NCBI GenBank assembly: GCA_047150005.1
Contig: AP038806.1
Coordinates: forward strand, 64,001 to 128,000
From: Nitrospira sp.
Lineage (GTDB): Bacteria; Nitrospirota; Nitrospiria; Nitrospirales; Nitrospiraceae
Length of the DNA: 64,000 nucleotides
Direction of reading: 5' to 3'
The notes under the pieces are model-generated. The model ran no database searches and had not been told where the DNA came from. It worked only from the letters and a program-made list of their open reading frames with translations. Positions 20,310 to 30,145 of this stretch are shown here, piece after piece. Each line of letters starts with the position of its first letter. Positions within the stretch are counted from its first letter, which is position 1. Position numbers and translations under genes: made by a program.

Positions 20310-20951
20310 TCAAGAACATGGTTTCAGCAGCCACACGTTCTCTTTAGCAGGGCATTTCCCCTTCAATCCGCCGGATACGTCGGTGCTTGCAAGCAGCCTG
20401 ACATCATAATGACTTGCGTAATGCCTCTCCACTTCCTCATCACTCACTGAAAAAGGAGGCCCTTCCATCAGACGTTGGTCGTAGTAATAGCAGATCAGCA
20501 ACTGCGGAGCCTTATCTGTCATCTCCATGAGGTGCACGGCATATCGATTTCGCACGTCTTCGGGGAGAGCCACCAATGCGGCCCTGTCGTAGATGGCATC
20601 GACCGAGCTTAGCATCGTTCTCGACAAGGCAAAGATATCGCCGACGAAAATGTCGAGGTGCTTCGCGCTCCACTGCTCGAGATCGCCGACCGTGGATATT
20701 TCCGGTTGCGCGCCAAGGTCCATGAAGAGTTGCTCGATGGCGAGGCGACTCAATTCAGCTCCAGCCACACGATAGTCCTTGGAGAGAAGCCAAGAAATAT
20801 CGAGACTTTTTCCGCATAAGGGTACAAAGACACGCCTGCCCCTGCCCAAAGACAGCTCGCTGAAATGCCTCACCAGCAGTGGGTTGACCTTGCTTTCATG
20901 GAAGGCAATTTCATTGCGCTCCCATCGCTGATGCCAAAAGCTTGGATCCAT
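20310..20951 (-). CDS. tmpT: Thiopurine S-methyltransferase (Se/Te detoxification family)
   Basis: FWHQRW....IAFH, RVFVPLCGKSLD, G.ELS..A, GDIF, YDRAALVALP, GPPFSV. Confidence 0.93.
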   Translation of the reverse strand: MDPSFWHQRWERNEIAFHESKVNPLLVRHFSELSLGRGRRVFVPLCGKSLDISWLLSKDYRVAGAELSRLAIEQLFMDLGAQPEISTVGDLEQWSAKHLDIFVGDIFALSRTMLSSVDAIYDRAALVALPEDVRNRYAVHLMEMTDKAPQLLICYYYDQRLMEGPPFSVSDEEVERHYASHYDVRLLASTDVSGGLKGKCPAKENVWLLKPCS

Positions 20952-21213
20952 GATCAACGCTCTTTACCCATGGCGGATGAAGCTCCTGATCGGCACGGTA
21001 CGAACGGCTGCGTGGCCGTGTGAGATTCTTGAGGTTGTCGGCTCAATTGTCAAGGGTCATTCGGTTCGGCTTAGCGCTGATTCGCAGAGATGGTGGCGAT
21101 CCATCCAACCATGGGACTGTGCTGGGCTATGCCTTCGCGTTGACACATCCAAACTCTGCGAAGTAGCCTACTGGCGTCTTGAAGCCATCATTCACGCCTC
21201 AACGCGGTGATCC

Positions 21214-21651
21214 ATGATTCTGCACATTGACCATGTAACCGTGGTGGTGCGGGACGTTGCCAAGGCGAAAGCCTTTTTCGTCCTGCTGGGATTTGTCGAG
21301 GACAAATCCGTCGTCATTTCCGGTGATCAGTTTGCCCGCTACATGAGTGTGCCGGGGATCGAAGCGGAGCACGTCACGCTGGTGTCGAACCAGACGCCCC
21401 GGTTTGAAATTCAGCTACTGCGATATATCCGGCCAGAACACCTGTCCGACACGGATGTCACGAACCTGGCAAAGCCCGGCTTCAATCACATCTGTTTCGC
21501 AGTCACGGATTTGGATGGAGAGGTACAGCGGTTGGTCAGTCAGGGTGTGACCCTGCGGAACGAGGTCATGGACTTTCATGCCCGGAAGCTGGTGTTTCTC
21601 TCCGGCCCCGAAGGCATTACGGTCGAACTAGCCGAATGGCACGCTCCATAA
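21214..21651 (+). CDS. VOC/glyoxalase-family protein
   Basis: IDHVTVVVRD...A.AFF..LG, GFNHICFAV.D, GPEGITVEL.E. Confidence 0.88.
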   Translation: MILHIDHVTVVVRDVAKAKAFFVLLGFVEDKSVVISGDQFARYMSVPGIEAEHVTLVSNQTPRFEIQLLRYIRPEHLSDTDVTNLAKPGFNHICFAVTDLDGEVQRLVSQGVTLRNEVMDFHARKLVFLSGPEGITVELAEWHAP

Positions 21652-21720
21652 GCAGAGCACATGCCGGAACCGTTTCATGGCCTGCCGGAACGACAACAGG
21701 CGCGGGGCCCATGTGGCCAC

Positions 21721-22056
21721 TCACCACGTCAGAATCTGACCTTCCGTCATCGGCAGCCGTCCTTCCATCTCCGCGCACTTCGTCCAGGGATGCAGTGCGG
21801 CCCCCACCCCAGCCCCCAGCATGCCGAACGGGAGTGCCACGACGAACAGAGGCAGCCCGATTCCATACCCGACCCATTGCAACGCTGCGTTCTCTCGCTT
21901 TGCGCCGGCTTCGACCACGGCTTCCGCCGGATAGAGCGGGAACGTGCCGTATTCACTGCCTAAGCTAGCGCTTTCGCCGACGGTCCGACACCGTGCATCA
22001 CCAAGCGCGGGCATGAGAACCACCGTAAGCATGAGCACGATCGCACTGATCTTCAT
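21721..22056 (-). CDS. Hypothetical exported/membrane protein
   Basis: Signal peptide, GGGAGGG RBS, internal hydrophobic Gly-rich segment. Confidence 0.55.
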   Translation of the reverse strand: MKISAIVLMLTVVLMPALGDARCRTVGESASLGSEYGTFPLYPAEAVVEAGAKRENAALQWVGYGIGLPLFVVALPFGMLGAGVGAALHPWTKCAEMEGRLPMTEGQILTW

Positions 22057-22261
22057 GCGGTCCCTCCCGGTTCTTCGTCGTCGTAATCATCCTCGCAAAC
22101 GTGAGCTGATGGTTGAATCATAAAGATTGTCGCGTTCTCTATCAATGGCGATCGAAGACGGCGCATTGCCGCCGAACAGGCAGCCGTGGCATAGTGGCGG
22201 TTCTTGCAACCCGCGGAGAGCGAGAATCTCTGGTATCAGTCCTTCCAAAGTGCGAATGTCC

Positions 22262-23269
22262 ATGGATGTGCTGTCTGAAGTGTTGAAAGCCGTGAAGCTC
22301 GACGGTGCCGTCTTCTTCAACGGGGAGTTTTCAGCGCCCTGGTGCGCCCGGGAGCCCGATTCCGGCACCATGGCTTCGTATCTCTCCGTCCCTTCCAAAC
22401 ACACGATCATCTTTCATCTCGTCACCGAAGGGCGCGCCTATGCCCGCGTGGAGCAAGACGGCAGCCGACTATCTGTTGTTGCCGGAGACATCGTGATGTT
22501 CCCGCACGGCGATGCGCACCTCATGGGGAACGGCCCTCCGGTCACACCCACGGACAGCTCGGAGCAACTGCTTCGAGTCCTATCCGAAGGGCTCATAGTA
22601 TCCCGGATCGGTGGAGGAGGAGAACTGACAAAACTGATTTGCGGGTACATGACCTGCGACCCGCAACTGAGCCAACTATTCCTGAGCGGCCTGCCCTCGA
22701 TCGTGAAGGTCAACATCCGCGACCAGGCATCGGGGCAATGGCTGGAAGATACGCTTCGTTATTCGGTCAATCAGGCCGGGGCATCCGGCCCGGGCGGCGC
22801 AGCCGTCGTCGCCAAATTGTCCGAAGCCTTGTTCGTCGAAACGCTGCGACAGTATATCGCGCGGCTGCCCAAGGCCCAGACCGGCTGGCTCGCCGGTGTG
22901 CGCGATCCGCAGGTCGGAAAAGCCCTGGCGTTCCTTCATCGACAGCCGGCTCACCCGTGGACCATTGCCACGCTCGCGAATGAAGTCGGTGTGTCTCGCT
23001 CCGTGCTCGCCGAGCGATTCAAACATTACCTCTCGGAAACACCCATCGGCTATCTCACGCGGTGGAGACTGCAACTCGCCGCACAACTGTTGGCGTCGAC
23101 ATCCAAGAGCGTGGCCGAAGTGGCAGGCGAGGTCGGCTACGAATCCGAGCCCTCGTTCAACAGAGCATTCAAACGAGAGTTCGGTCTCCCGCCCGCACGG
23201 TTCCGCACTCAAGCGAAGCCGCCTCGTACCCTCCCCCTCGGGTCCGTATCGACGAACCGTCGGCCATAG
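22262..23269 (+). CDS. AraC-family regulator with Cupin_6 sensor domain
   Basis: MDVLSEVL, APW, GDIV.FPHGD.H, GWLAGVRDP, AHPWT...LA, GYESEPSFNRAFKR. Confidence 0.93.
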   Translation: MDVLSEVLKAVKLDGAVFFNGEFSAPWCAREPDSGTMASYLSVPSKHTIIFHLVTEGRAYARVEQDGSRLSVVAGDIVMFPHGDAHLMGNGPPVTPTDSSEQLLRVLSEGLIVSRIGGGGELTKLICGYMTCDPQLSQLFLSGLPSIVKVNIRDQASGQWLEDTLRYSVNQAGASGPGGAAVVAKLSEALFVETLRQYIARLPKAQTGWLAGVRDPQVGKALAFLHRQPAHPWTIATLANEVGVSRSVLAERFKHYLSETPIGYLTRWRLQLAAQLLASTSKSVAEVAGEVGYESEPSFNRAFKREFGLPPARFRTQAKPPRTLPLGSVSTNRRP

Positions 23270-23277
23270 CGCTCACC

Positions 23278-24009
23278 TCAGCGGAGCTGCTTGGTCGAAG
23301 CATCGAGCGGCGTCAGGGGGTGACCTTTCCGACCGATGGCGGTGGCCTCCAGCGCACGGCCATAGCTGGTGCTCGTGCCGTAGCCTACGACGACGACCTC
23401 CATGTTCCATCGCAACGATGCGGACAATTGCGCTCCGACGTCGGGCGGCAAGCGGATCTGTGTCTCGTCGGACAAGACCATGCCATTGACGACGCCCTTT
23501 ATGTCATCATAGAGCAGGACTTGAATGGTGCCGGCGGCTTTCATCTCATTGGCCCCGGGGCGCACTTCCGGAGGAGGAATGGGAAGATCAAGCCGATAGG
23601 GAATGGTGAACGACTTGCCGTCCGTCACATTCACGATGACGTCGGGGGTCACGAGCGGCGAGTCCGCACTGCGCCGCCCATGCACGCGTATATGATCGCC
23701 CGGTTGAATACTGCTTATGAGCTCATCAGCAGCGCGGTAGGTGACATGTACTTGGGATCCGTCACGCAGCAGTAGTCCATTCACCACCCCGCGAGGGTGC
23801 AACAGATAGCGATCCACGACCCCGTCGGCAACCGGGGGCTGATTCATGGATGGCGGCGTTTCGTCAACAGCATGAACGGCACGTCCCTGACGAGAGGCCG
23901 GATCATGTCCCATTGCGGCGCTCGAATATGAGGAAGCCATGCCGACACCTATGGATAGGACAAGCAACCTTGTCGTGATCACGCTCCGGAGTCGCAGACA
24001 TCGCAGCAT
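23278..24009 (-). CDS. Hypothetical exported protein with two tandem OB-fold-like modules
   Basis: Duplicated G.V...L....G.VNG..L.D...V/I motif; N-terminal hydrophobic segment; start uncertain. Confidence 0.65.
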   Translation of the reverse strand: MLRCLRLRSVITTRLLVLSIGVGMASSYSSAAMGHDPASRQGRAVHAVDETPPSMNQPPVADGVVDRYLLHPRGVVNGLLLRDGSQVHVTYRAADELISSIQPGDHIRVHGRRSADSPLVTPDVIVNVTDGKSFTIPYRLDLPIPPPEVRPGANEMKAAGTIQVLLYDDIKGVVNGMVLSDETQIRLPPDVGAQLSASLRWNMEVVVVGYGTSTSYGRALEATAIGRKGHPLTPLDASTKQLR

Positions 24010-24249
24010 AGCCGGCCTCGGCAAGCTTCGCGCAAGAAGACAATGTCGATGTTCCATTCTGACGCAAGTCCTTGGGGGGCATCAAGCCGCTTGCCGCCGT
24101 CGAACTCTTGGCTTGGTCCATTGACTTATCCGGAGGGAACGCTTAGGTCGTGCACCGCTGATATCTATTATCTATGCCCAGCATCTGTGAGGATAGTATC
24201 CGATCCTCTCGGCCTTGTTCGACACTATTTCCATGAGAAGGGAGCGTCC

Positions 24250-24618
24250 ATGAGCCGACCTGAAGAATTCCATTCCCGATTCGCCGCTGCGTTCAACTCC
24301 GGGAACGTCGAGGCAGTCATGGCGCTATACGAACCGGAGGCCACCCTCGTTCCACAGCCTGGTCAAGTCGTGCAAGGGCGAGAAGCTATCCGCCAAGCCC
24401 TGCTTCAATTTTTGGCGCTAAAAGGGACGATGGAGGTGAAGAGCATCTTCACAGTCCATGGATCCGGTGTGGTGTTGACGCGAGGTCAGTGGAAGCTGAC
24501 CGGGACCGGACCTGACGGAAAGCCAATCACAATGACAGGCCGCAGCGTGGAAGTACTTCGCCAACAACCCAATGGTGAATGGCTGCTTGCGATCGATCAT
24601 CCATTCGGAGCGGATTGA
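24250..24618 (+). CDS. NTF2-like/SnoaL (YybH/DUF4440) protein
   Basis: F..AFNSG.VEA..ALYEP.A.L, GREAIR, EVLRQQP.G.WL..IDHPFG; AAGGGAG RBS. Confidence 0.88.
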   Translation: MSRPEEFHSRFAAAFNSGNVEAVMALYEPEATLVPQPGQVVQGREAIRQALLQFLALKGTMEVKSIFTVHGSGVVLTRGQWKLTGTGPDGKPITMTGRSVEVLRQQPNGEWLLAIDHPFGAD

Positions 24619-24723
24619 ACAAACACGAAGGGACATGCAATAGCGGGGCGAAAGGTCGCATTCTCTGCTCGCCTGGCATCTCCAGTGGAGCAACCACCAT
24701 CTGAGTCTTATGACCTGGTTCTT

Positions 24724-25245
24724 TCAGTCCTTCAGAATCCGACCGCCCTCAACCAACAGCGGATGCTTTCCCGCCCCTTCGAGACCGAGCAATCTGGCTT
24801 TGATATTCAGTCCTCCCGCAAAGCCAGTCAGTTTCCCCGACGCGCCGATCACGCGGTGGCAGGGCACGATGATGGACAAGGGATTCTTGCTGTTGGCCAG
24901 ACCGACCGCCCGCGACGCGGATCGGTTCCCGATCGCGCGTGCCAGTTCGCCATAGCTCCGAGTCTGACCGTACGGGATACGGAGCAGCTCTTGCCATACC
25001 CGCTTTTGAAAGTCCGTGCCACGCAGGCGAATCGGGACCTCAAACGTCGTCCGTTTACCCTCGAAATACTCAGCCAATTGGCGTTCGACCTCGACGAACA
25101 CAGAATGCCGAGCGTCTTCACGCATGTCCTCGAGTGTGACTCTGGTTGCACGTTCGCTTGGCCACAGCACTGCGAGCAGACTCGATTCGTCCGCCACCAG
25201 CTTGAGCCGTCCGACTGCAGTCTCCATGTGCTTATACCGCAGCAT
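24724..25245 (-). CDS. ogt: Methylated-DNA--protein-cysteine methyltransferase
   Basis: GT.FQ.RVW..L..IPYGQTRSY, RAVG.ANS.NP, IVPCHRVIG active site. Confidence 0.95.
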   Translation of the reverse strand: MLRYKHMETAVGRLKLVADESSLLAVLWPSERATRVTLEDMREDARHSVFVEVERQLAEYFEGKRTTFEVPIRLRGTDFQKRVWQELLRIPYGQTRSYGELARAIGNRSASRAVGLANSKNPLSIIVPCHRVIGASGKLTGFAGGLNIKARLLGLEGAGKHPLLVEGGRILKD

Positions 25246-26695
25246 GTCCCTTCCTCCTTTCTTGGACAGACGCCCGAGCCTGTTCGTTCCAAAGACCGAC
25301 CGCCGCGTAACTGCGCCAGGGTCTGACGACATCCGAATTGAATTGCGGATTGGCCTTCACAAATCGGCTCAGGATCAGATCCGTCGCCGGAAAGGCATCC
25401 GTATCGCCGAGTGCTCTGAGCGCCATGTATTCAGCACTCCATACACCGATGCCCTTGACGGTCCGGACGCGGCGTTTGAACTCCTCCAGATCCTGCATCG
25501 GTTCGAGTTGAATGGTTCCTTCGGCGACGCGTGCCGAGAATTCGCGAATCGTCGCACGCTTCTGGTCCGTGACGGCCAGGTCACGCAGATCCGATTCGGC
25601 GAGGATGAGCGGGCCCGGAAATATTCGAACTCGATCGCCGGAGAGGGGATGGCGGATCTCCTCGCCGTAGCTTGCCGCGAGTTGACTCATGAGCCTCGAA
25701 GCCTGAACCACGGAAATCACCTGACCGATAATCGTAGCGATCGCGGTTTCAAACGGATCAAAGCCCCGGGCCAGCCTGACTCCCTGATGCTTGTTCTGAA
25801 GCGTTGCGAGGACGCTCGACTGCTCAAACACCTTGGCGATCAAAGTCGGATCGGCATCCAAGTCGAACATGTGCCGGATGCGTTGCGCAACACTCAAAAG
25901 GTGTCGCGTGTCCGACAGACAGATCTCAAGGATCAATTCCGGCTTCTTGCTGCACGGTCTCGCTCGAAAGAACCCCGTTGTTTCCTTGTCCCCGAGCCTG
26001 AATACACGCGCATACGTTTCTCCCTCGATCGTTTCAACACCGGAGACCTGATGGCTCCGGTAGTAATTGAGCAGACCGTGCCAATCGAGCGGAGGTCGGT
26101 AGGGCAGAGCCAGCCGGATCAGGGGCGTAGCCCGCACGGCCATGCATGAGGATCGAAGCGCGGAAGGCGGCCGATGGAACCGTTTCTTGACGGCATCGTT
26201 GAATCGGCGCAGCGAGCGAAACCCGGCGGAGAAGGCGATCTCCGTAAACGGAAGCGGCGTTTCAACAATCAGCTTCCGAGCGAAGTTGAGTCTGGTGCCG
26301 TCATGAAGCTGCTTGGGAGTTTGCCCGAGTTCCTTCTCGAACAGCCGTCTCAAATGCCGCGCCGTCACTCCCAGCCGGTCGGCAAACATCTCTTCGGTTT
26401 GCCCTTCAAGCGCTCCTTGAGCGATGAGCTTGAGTGCCCGCTCGATGGTGGCTTGTTTGCCGTTCCACGCAGGAGATCCCGGCGCAGACTCTGGACGGCA
26501 CCGCAAGCATGGTCGATACCCGGCTCTTTCCGCCGCGTGAGCCGTCTTGAAGAACTCGACGTTCTCGCGCTTGGGACGGGCCGGACAAATCGGCCGGCAA
26601 TAGATGCCCGTCGTCTTCACCGCGACGAACAACCTTCCGTCGAAGCGGCGATCTCTCGCCACTACGGCCTGATAGAAGGGATCGTCGATGTTCAT
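25232..26695 (-). CDS. alkA: AdaA-AlkA fusion (Ada Zn sensor + AraC HTH + 3-methyladenine glycosylase)
   Basis: TTGIYCRPICP...GYRPCLRCRP, AGF.SLRRFN, YRPP.DW, DPFE.....IIGQ, KGIGVWSA.Y..LR, D.FP.TDL, RPWRSYA. Confidence 0.95.
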   Translation of the reverse strand: MNIDDPFYQAVVARDRRFDGRLFVAVKTTGIYCRPICPARPKRENVEFFKTAHAAERAGYRPCLRCRPESAPGSPAWNGKQATIERALKLIAQGALEGQTEEMFADRLGVTARHLRRLFEKELGQTPKQLHDGTRLNFARKLIVETPLPFTEIAFSAGFRSLRRFNDAVKKRFHRPPSALRSSCMAVRATPLIRLALPYRPPLDWHGLLNYYRSHQVSGVETIEGETYARVFRLGDKETTGFFRARPCSKKPELILEICLSDTRHLLSVAQRIRHMFDLDADPTLIAKVFEQSSVLATLQNKHQGVRLARGFDPFETAIATIIGQVISVVQASRLMSQLAASYGEEIRHPLSGDRVRIFPGPLILAESDLRDLAVTDQKRATIREFSARVAEGTIQLEPMQDLEEFKRRVRTVKGIGVWSAEYMALRALGDTDAFPATDLILSRFVKANPQFNSDVVRPWRSYAAVGLWNEQARASVQERRKGHAAV

Positions 26696-27005
26696 TTCTC
26701 GAGTCTCACACATCCGTCGGCGCGTCCATCGCACATGAATATAGGCGAATGGCCGTTCGCGCACTCGCCGGATTCGGACCTGTACGTCCGTGGCCGTATT
26801 TAAGCCCATTCCGCAAGCCCATTACTACCACCCTCGCCTGGTCTTTCCTCCGGCGACCAGTCCCTGTCGATGCTCATCTCTCTTACACGGCGATGGACCT
26901 GACCAACAATGAGGAAGACAAATCAATCAAGGCACCCATAAAAGAATCGAACGGCGGGAGAGGATCCTTGCCTCTCGGACGGTCGGTGGAGCATACTGAC
27001 ACAGT

Positions 27006-28061
27006 ATGTACAAGGCCAAGGCATACGGAGCAGCCGGCGCGACAGCCTCGCTTGCTTCCACCATGATCTCGCGTCGCGATCCCGGCGAACAGGACGTCCA
27101 GATCGACATCCTCTTCTGCGGGATCTGCCACTCCGATCTCCATCAGGTCCGCAACGAATGGAAGGGCGCGGCGCCGACCGTGTACCCGTGCGTCCCAGGC
27201 CATGAGATCGTCGGCCGTGTCGAGAAAGTCGGCTCCGCCGTCACGAAATTCAAGCCCGGCGATCTTGCTGCCGTCGGCTGCATGGTCGATTCCGACAAAA
27301 CCTGCCACGAGTGCCAGGCCGGTCTTGAGCAGTTCTGCGCGAACATGACCCTGACCTACAATTCGCCGGACAAGCACCTCGGCGGCGTCACCCATGGCGG
27401 CTACTCCGAGAGCGTGGTCGTCGACCAACGATTTGTCCTGCGCGTTCCGCCCAACCTCGATCTCGCCGGAACCGCCCCGCTCCTCTGCGCCGGCATCACC
27501 ACGTACTCGCCGAGGCGCCATTGGGGCGTGACAAAAGGCAAGAAGGTCGGTGTGGTCGGGCTCGGGGGATTAGGTCATATGGCCGTGAAGTTCGCCAATG
27601 CGCTCGGAGCTCATGTAGCAGTCTTCACCACGTCGCCCAACAAGAAGGACGACGCGCTCCGCTTGGGTGCCGACGAGGTCGTCATCTCCCGCAACGCCAA
27701 CGAAATGAAAAAGCAGACCGGCAGCTTCGACTTCATTCTCGACGCCGTGTCCGCCGACCACGACATCAACGCGTACATCGAGCTGCTTCGACGCGACGGC
27801 GCCATCACCCTCGTCGGCGCACCTGAGAAGCCGCTTGCCGTTGCCGCCTTCAGCCTCATATTCGGACGCCGCAGCCTCTCCGGTTCCCCCATCGGCGGCA
27901 TTCCCGAAACCCAGGAGATGCTCGATTTTTGCGCCGCCCACCACATTACCGCCGACGTTGAAGTCATCCCCATCCAGCAGGTGAATGAAGCGTACGACAG
28001 ACTGCTCAAGTCCGACGTGAAGTACCGCTTCTCGATCGATATGGCTTCTCTGAAAGGCTAA
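27006..28061 (+). CDS. Zn/NADP-dependent alcohol dehydrogenase (cinnamyl-ADH/YahK type)
   Basis: CGICHSD, GHEIVG, VGCMVDS, APLLCAGITTYSP, GLGGLG, DVKYRF.ID. Confidence 0.93.
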   Translation: MYKAKAYGAAGATASLASTMISRRDPGEQDVQIDILFCGICHSDLHQVRNEWKGAAPTVYPCVPGHEIVGRVEKVGSAVTKFKPGDLAAVGCMVDSDKTCHECQAGLEQFCANMTLTYNSPDKHLGGVTHGGYSESVVVDQRFVLRVPPNLDLAGTAPLLCAGITTYSPRRHWGVTKGKKVGVVGLGGLGHMAVKFANALGAHVAVFTTSPNKKDDALRLGADEVVISRNANEMKKQTGSFDFILDAVSADHDINAYIELLRRDGAITLVGAPEKPLAVAAFSLIFGRRSLSGSPIGGIPETQEMLDFCAAHHITADVEVIPIQQVNEAYDRLLKSDVKYRFSIDMASLKG

Positions 28062-28084
28062 CACCGAGGAGGGCTGCAGAAAGG

Positions 28085-28327
28085 ATGAGGACGCCACTCG
28101 TCGCGATCGCCGCACTGACCGCCGTGCTCGCGCTCCCCGTTTCCGGAATCGCTCAAGAGACACCGGCGAATCAGAAATCGCCGACCGAACAGCTGGTGGA
28201 TGCCTTCAACGCCGTGTTCGGCGCCCATCCGGGCCTGCGGGGCAATCATCCGAAAGGCGTCGTCTTGGAAGGCTCCTTCACGCCGAGCACCGACGTGTCC
28301 TTGTCCCGTCGCGCCCAGACTCAGTAA
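28085..28327 (+). pseudogene. Catalase-related peroxidase (SrpA-like), 5' fragment
   Basis: Signal peptide, then LVDAFNAVFG.HPG.R.NH.KG....G.FTP (catalase-family N-terminal His motif); stops at 80 aa. Confidence 0.8.
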
Positions 28328-28386
28328 GATTCGGCCCCTGGATGCATGTCCGAGAGTGCGGCTGCCCTTCGGCAAGCCGGGCCACG

Positions 28387-29049
28387 ATGAAGATACCGCC
28401 GATTCCTCTGTGGATCCTCTCCGCCGTCCTACTCTTGCCGGCATGCTCCTCCAAGGTTCCCCCGACGGGCGCCCGATTTCCCATCACCAGCGGTTCTCAT
28501 CTCCTTCTGCCGACCGCGGAACAGCGGATTCTTCTCTGGGGCGACCACGACGTGACCGTCGCGGCCCTCGAATGGCTCCGATCACACCACTATACGAACG
28601 TTGTCGTCGCGGATCACGGTCGGTTTCGGGAGGCGCAGATTTCACCGAGCCTGTCGGCTCGCAAGGCGGCGCTCGTCATCGCGGACGATATGCATGCCGA
28701 GTTTGTGCTGTTACTGGAGCGGGAGACCAGCAAGGAAGGGGCACTGATCGAGCCGCACTGCGGCGCACGCTTCTTTGTCGATGTGAACCTGCGGGGGCTG
28801 TCGGTACACAGCGGAGACGCGGTCTTGCAAGCCAATGCCCATTACCCGCACTGTGTCGAGTTGAACGTCCGGACGACTCGGAGCTTGATATGCCAGACAT
28901 TCGCCACCGCCTGGGGCTTTCGGCCGTCGGGGCAACTCGATCTTCCGTCGAGTCTGATGTGTACGGCAGGCCAGACAGAGCCAAGGTCCGATCGTTCGAT
29001 CGCCGGAGACGCGAGAGCAGGCCTGGCATTTCCGCGGAATGCGCCATGA
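28387..29049 (+). CDS. Hypothetical lipoprotein
   Basis: Lipobox LPAC; ATGA overlap with the next gene. Confidence 0.7.
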   Translation: MKIPPIPLWILSAVLLLPACSSKVPPTGARFPITSGSHLLLPTAEQRILLWGDHDVTVAALEWLRSHHYTNVVVADHGRFREAQISPSLSARKAALVIADDMHAEFVLLLERETSKEGALIEPHCGARFFVDVNLRGLSVHSGDAVLQANAHYPHCVELNVRTTRSLICQTFATAWGFRPSGQLDLPSSLMCTAGQTEPRSDRSIAGDARAGLAFPRNAP

Positions 29050-29423
29050 CCACCCGGCTCCTGCTCGGCCTGTGGTTAGGGCTCAGCCTTTCTCTCGCCG
29101 GCTGCGAATCGGAGCGGGGCCGGTTGATGACGGAGAAGTACCCGACCTACCCCGATCACATCAAACGGGCGATCGACCGTGGCTATGCGATGCGCGGAAT
29201 GGATCACGACCAGATCTATCTGACATTCGGAGAGCCGATGTGTAAAAAGACCATCGAGCACAAGGGGAGACCGGTTGAGGTGTGGTTGTATCCTCCCGGG
29301 GGGCGCGACCCCTGTCTCACCGCCGAGTTTCGCGTGTATTTCGAAAACGGCATGGTATCGGATTGGTCCAAATCGACGGAAGCTCCGCGCTTCGCCGATC
29401 CCCCGGGAGGGCTTCCGCCGTGA
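29046..29423 (+). CDS. Hypothetical lipoprotein (BamE/SmpA-like pattern)
   Basis: Lipobox LAGC; GM..DQ....FGEP...EVWLY...VYFENG.V. Confidence 0.7.
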   Translation: MTTRLLLGLWLGLSLSLAGCESERGRLMTEKYPTYPDHIKRAIDRGYAMRGMDHDQIYLTFGEPMCKKTIEHKGRPVEVWLYPPGGRDPCLTAEFRVYFENGMVSDWSKSTEAPRFADPPGGLPP

Positions 29424-29464
29424 CGCATACTCCGGCAGACACTTCGAGAGCGCGACCCTTCCGG

Positions 29465-30145
29465 TCACTGGATTTTCGTCATCTTTTCCGGAAAAAAATA
29501 CTTCTCGAACCGTTCCCGCGCTTTTCTGTAGTCGTTGTCCGTCACGTACTGCAGCCGGTAATTGAATCGGCACTTGCGGTCTTTTTCATATTGATAGACG
29601 TCCTGCATAAAGGGCACGATCTGATCGAGATCCGAGGTAAACTCACCCTTCGCCAGGTTGGTGTCCAGGTCGGACGGCACCTCTCCGATCACGCGGATGG
29701 ATTCCTCTCCATTTTGAATACTGGCCTCGATCAGGACATTGTCCTTCTGGCACAGCACATACCCGCGTTTCAAGGTCTCCACCGCCTCTTGAAAGCCGTC
29801 TCGTGACGCGGCCTTCGCGCCGACCATGCCCTTCACATCATCGACCAGCCCGGTCATCTCGGTGAGGCGCTTCTCCAATCGTCGGTTGTGCTCCGTGGCC
29901 TCGTCAAGCTTCGCCTGAAGACCCGAGTCGTCGCGCATGGGCGTCGTAACCGGCTGGGCAGCGGGCTGAACCGCGGGCTCAGCGGGCTGAGCCGGCTCAG
30001 CCCGCTCAGATTGACGCGTTTCCTGTTGTCCGCTTGCGCCATTGTCCGTGACGTGGACGAGCATAACCGCAAAGACGAGCAGGAGAACCACCTGCACCAG
30101 GGACAGCCCAAGCACCGGATCTGCGCGGGAGTCAGTTCTTATCAC
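29465..30145 (-). CDS. Bitopic membrane protein with Pro/Ala/Gln linker and coiled coil; partner of the MotA-like gene
   Basis: Single N-terminal TM, AEPAQP repeats, coiled coil; overlaps the upstream gene by 14 bp. Confidence 0.75.
   Translation of the reverse strand: MIRTDSRADPVLGLSLVQVVLLLVFAVMLVHVTDNGASGQQETRQSERAEPAQPAEPAVQPAAQPVTTPMRDDSGLQAKLDEATEHNRRLEKRLTEMTGLVDDVKGMVGAKAASRDGFQEAVETLKRGYVLCQKDNVLIEASIQNGEESIRVIGEVPSDLDTNLAKGEFTSDLDQIVPFMQDVYQYEKDRKCRFNYRLQYVTDNDYRKARERFEKYFFPEKMTKIQ

Noticed and set aside
27505..27525. ADH inactivation by SPRRHW (usually SPLRHW)
   Set aside because: A single substitution outside the Zn and NADP ligands is insufficient evidence.
28200..29045. 5' part of the 407-aa ORF 28200..29423
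   Set aside because: Off-frame overlap with real genes; only the lipoprotein from ATG 29046 is credible. The same applies to 41908..43008, 43023..44672, 44162..46018, 55290..56705 and 60432..61301.
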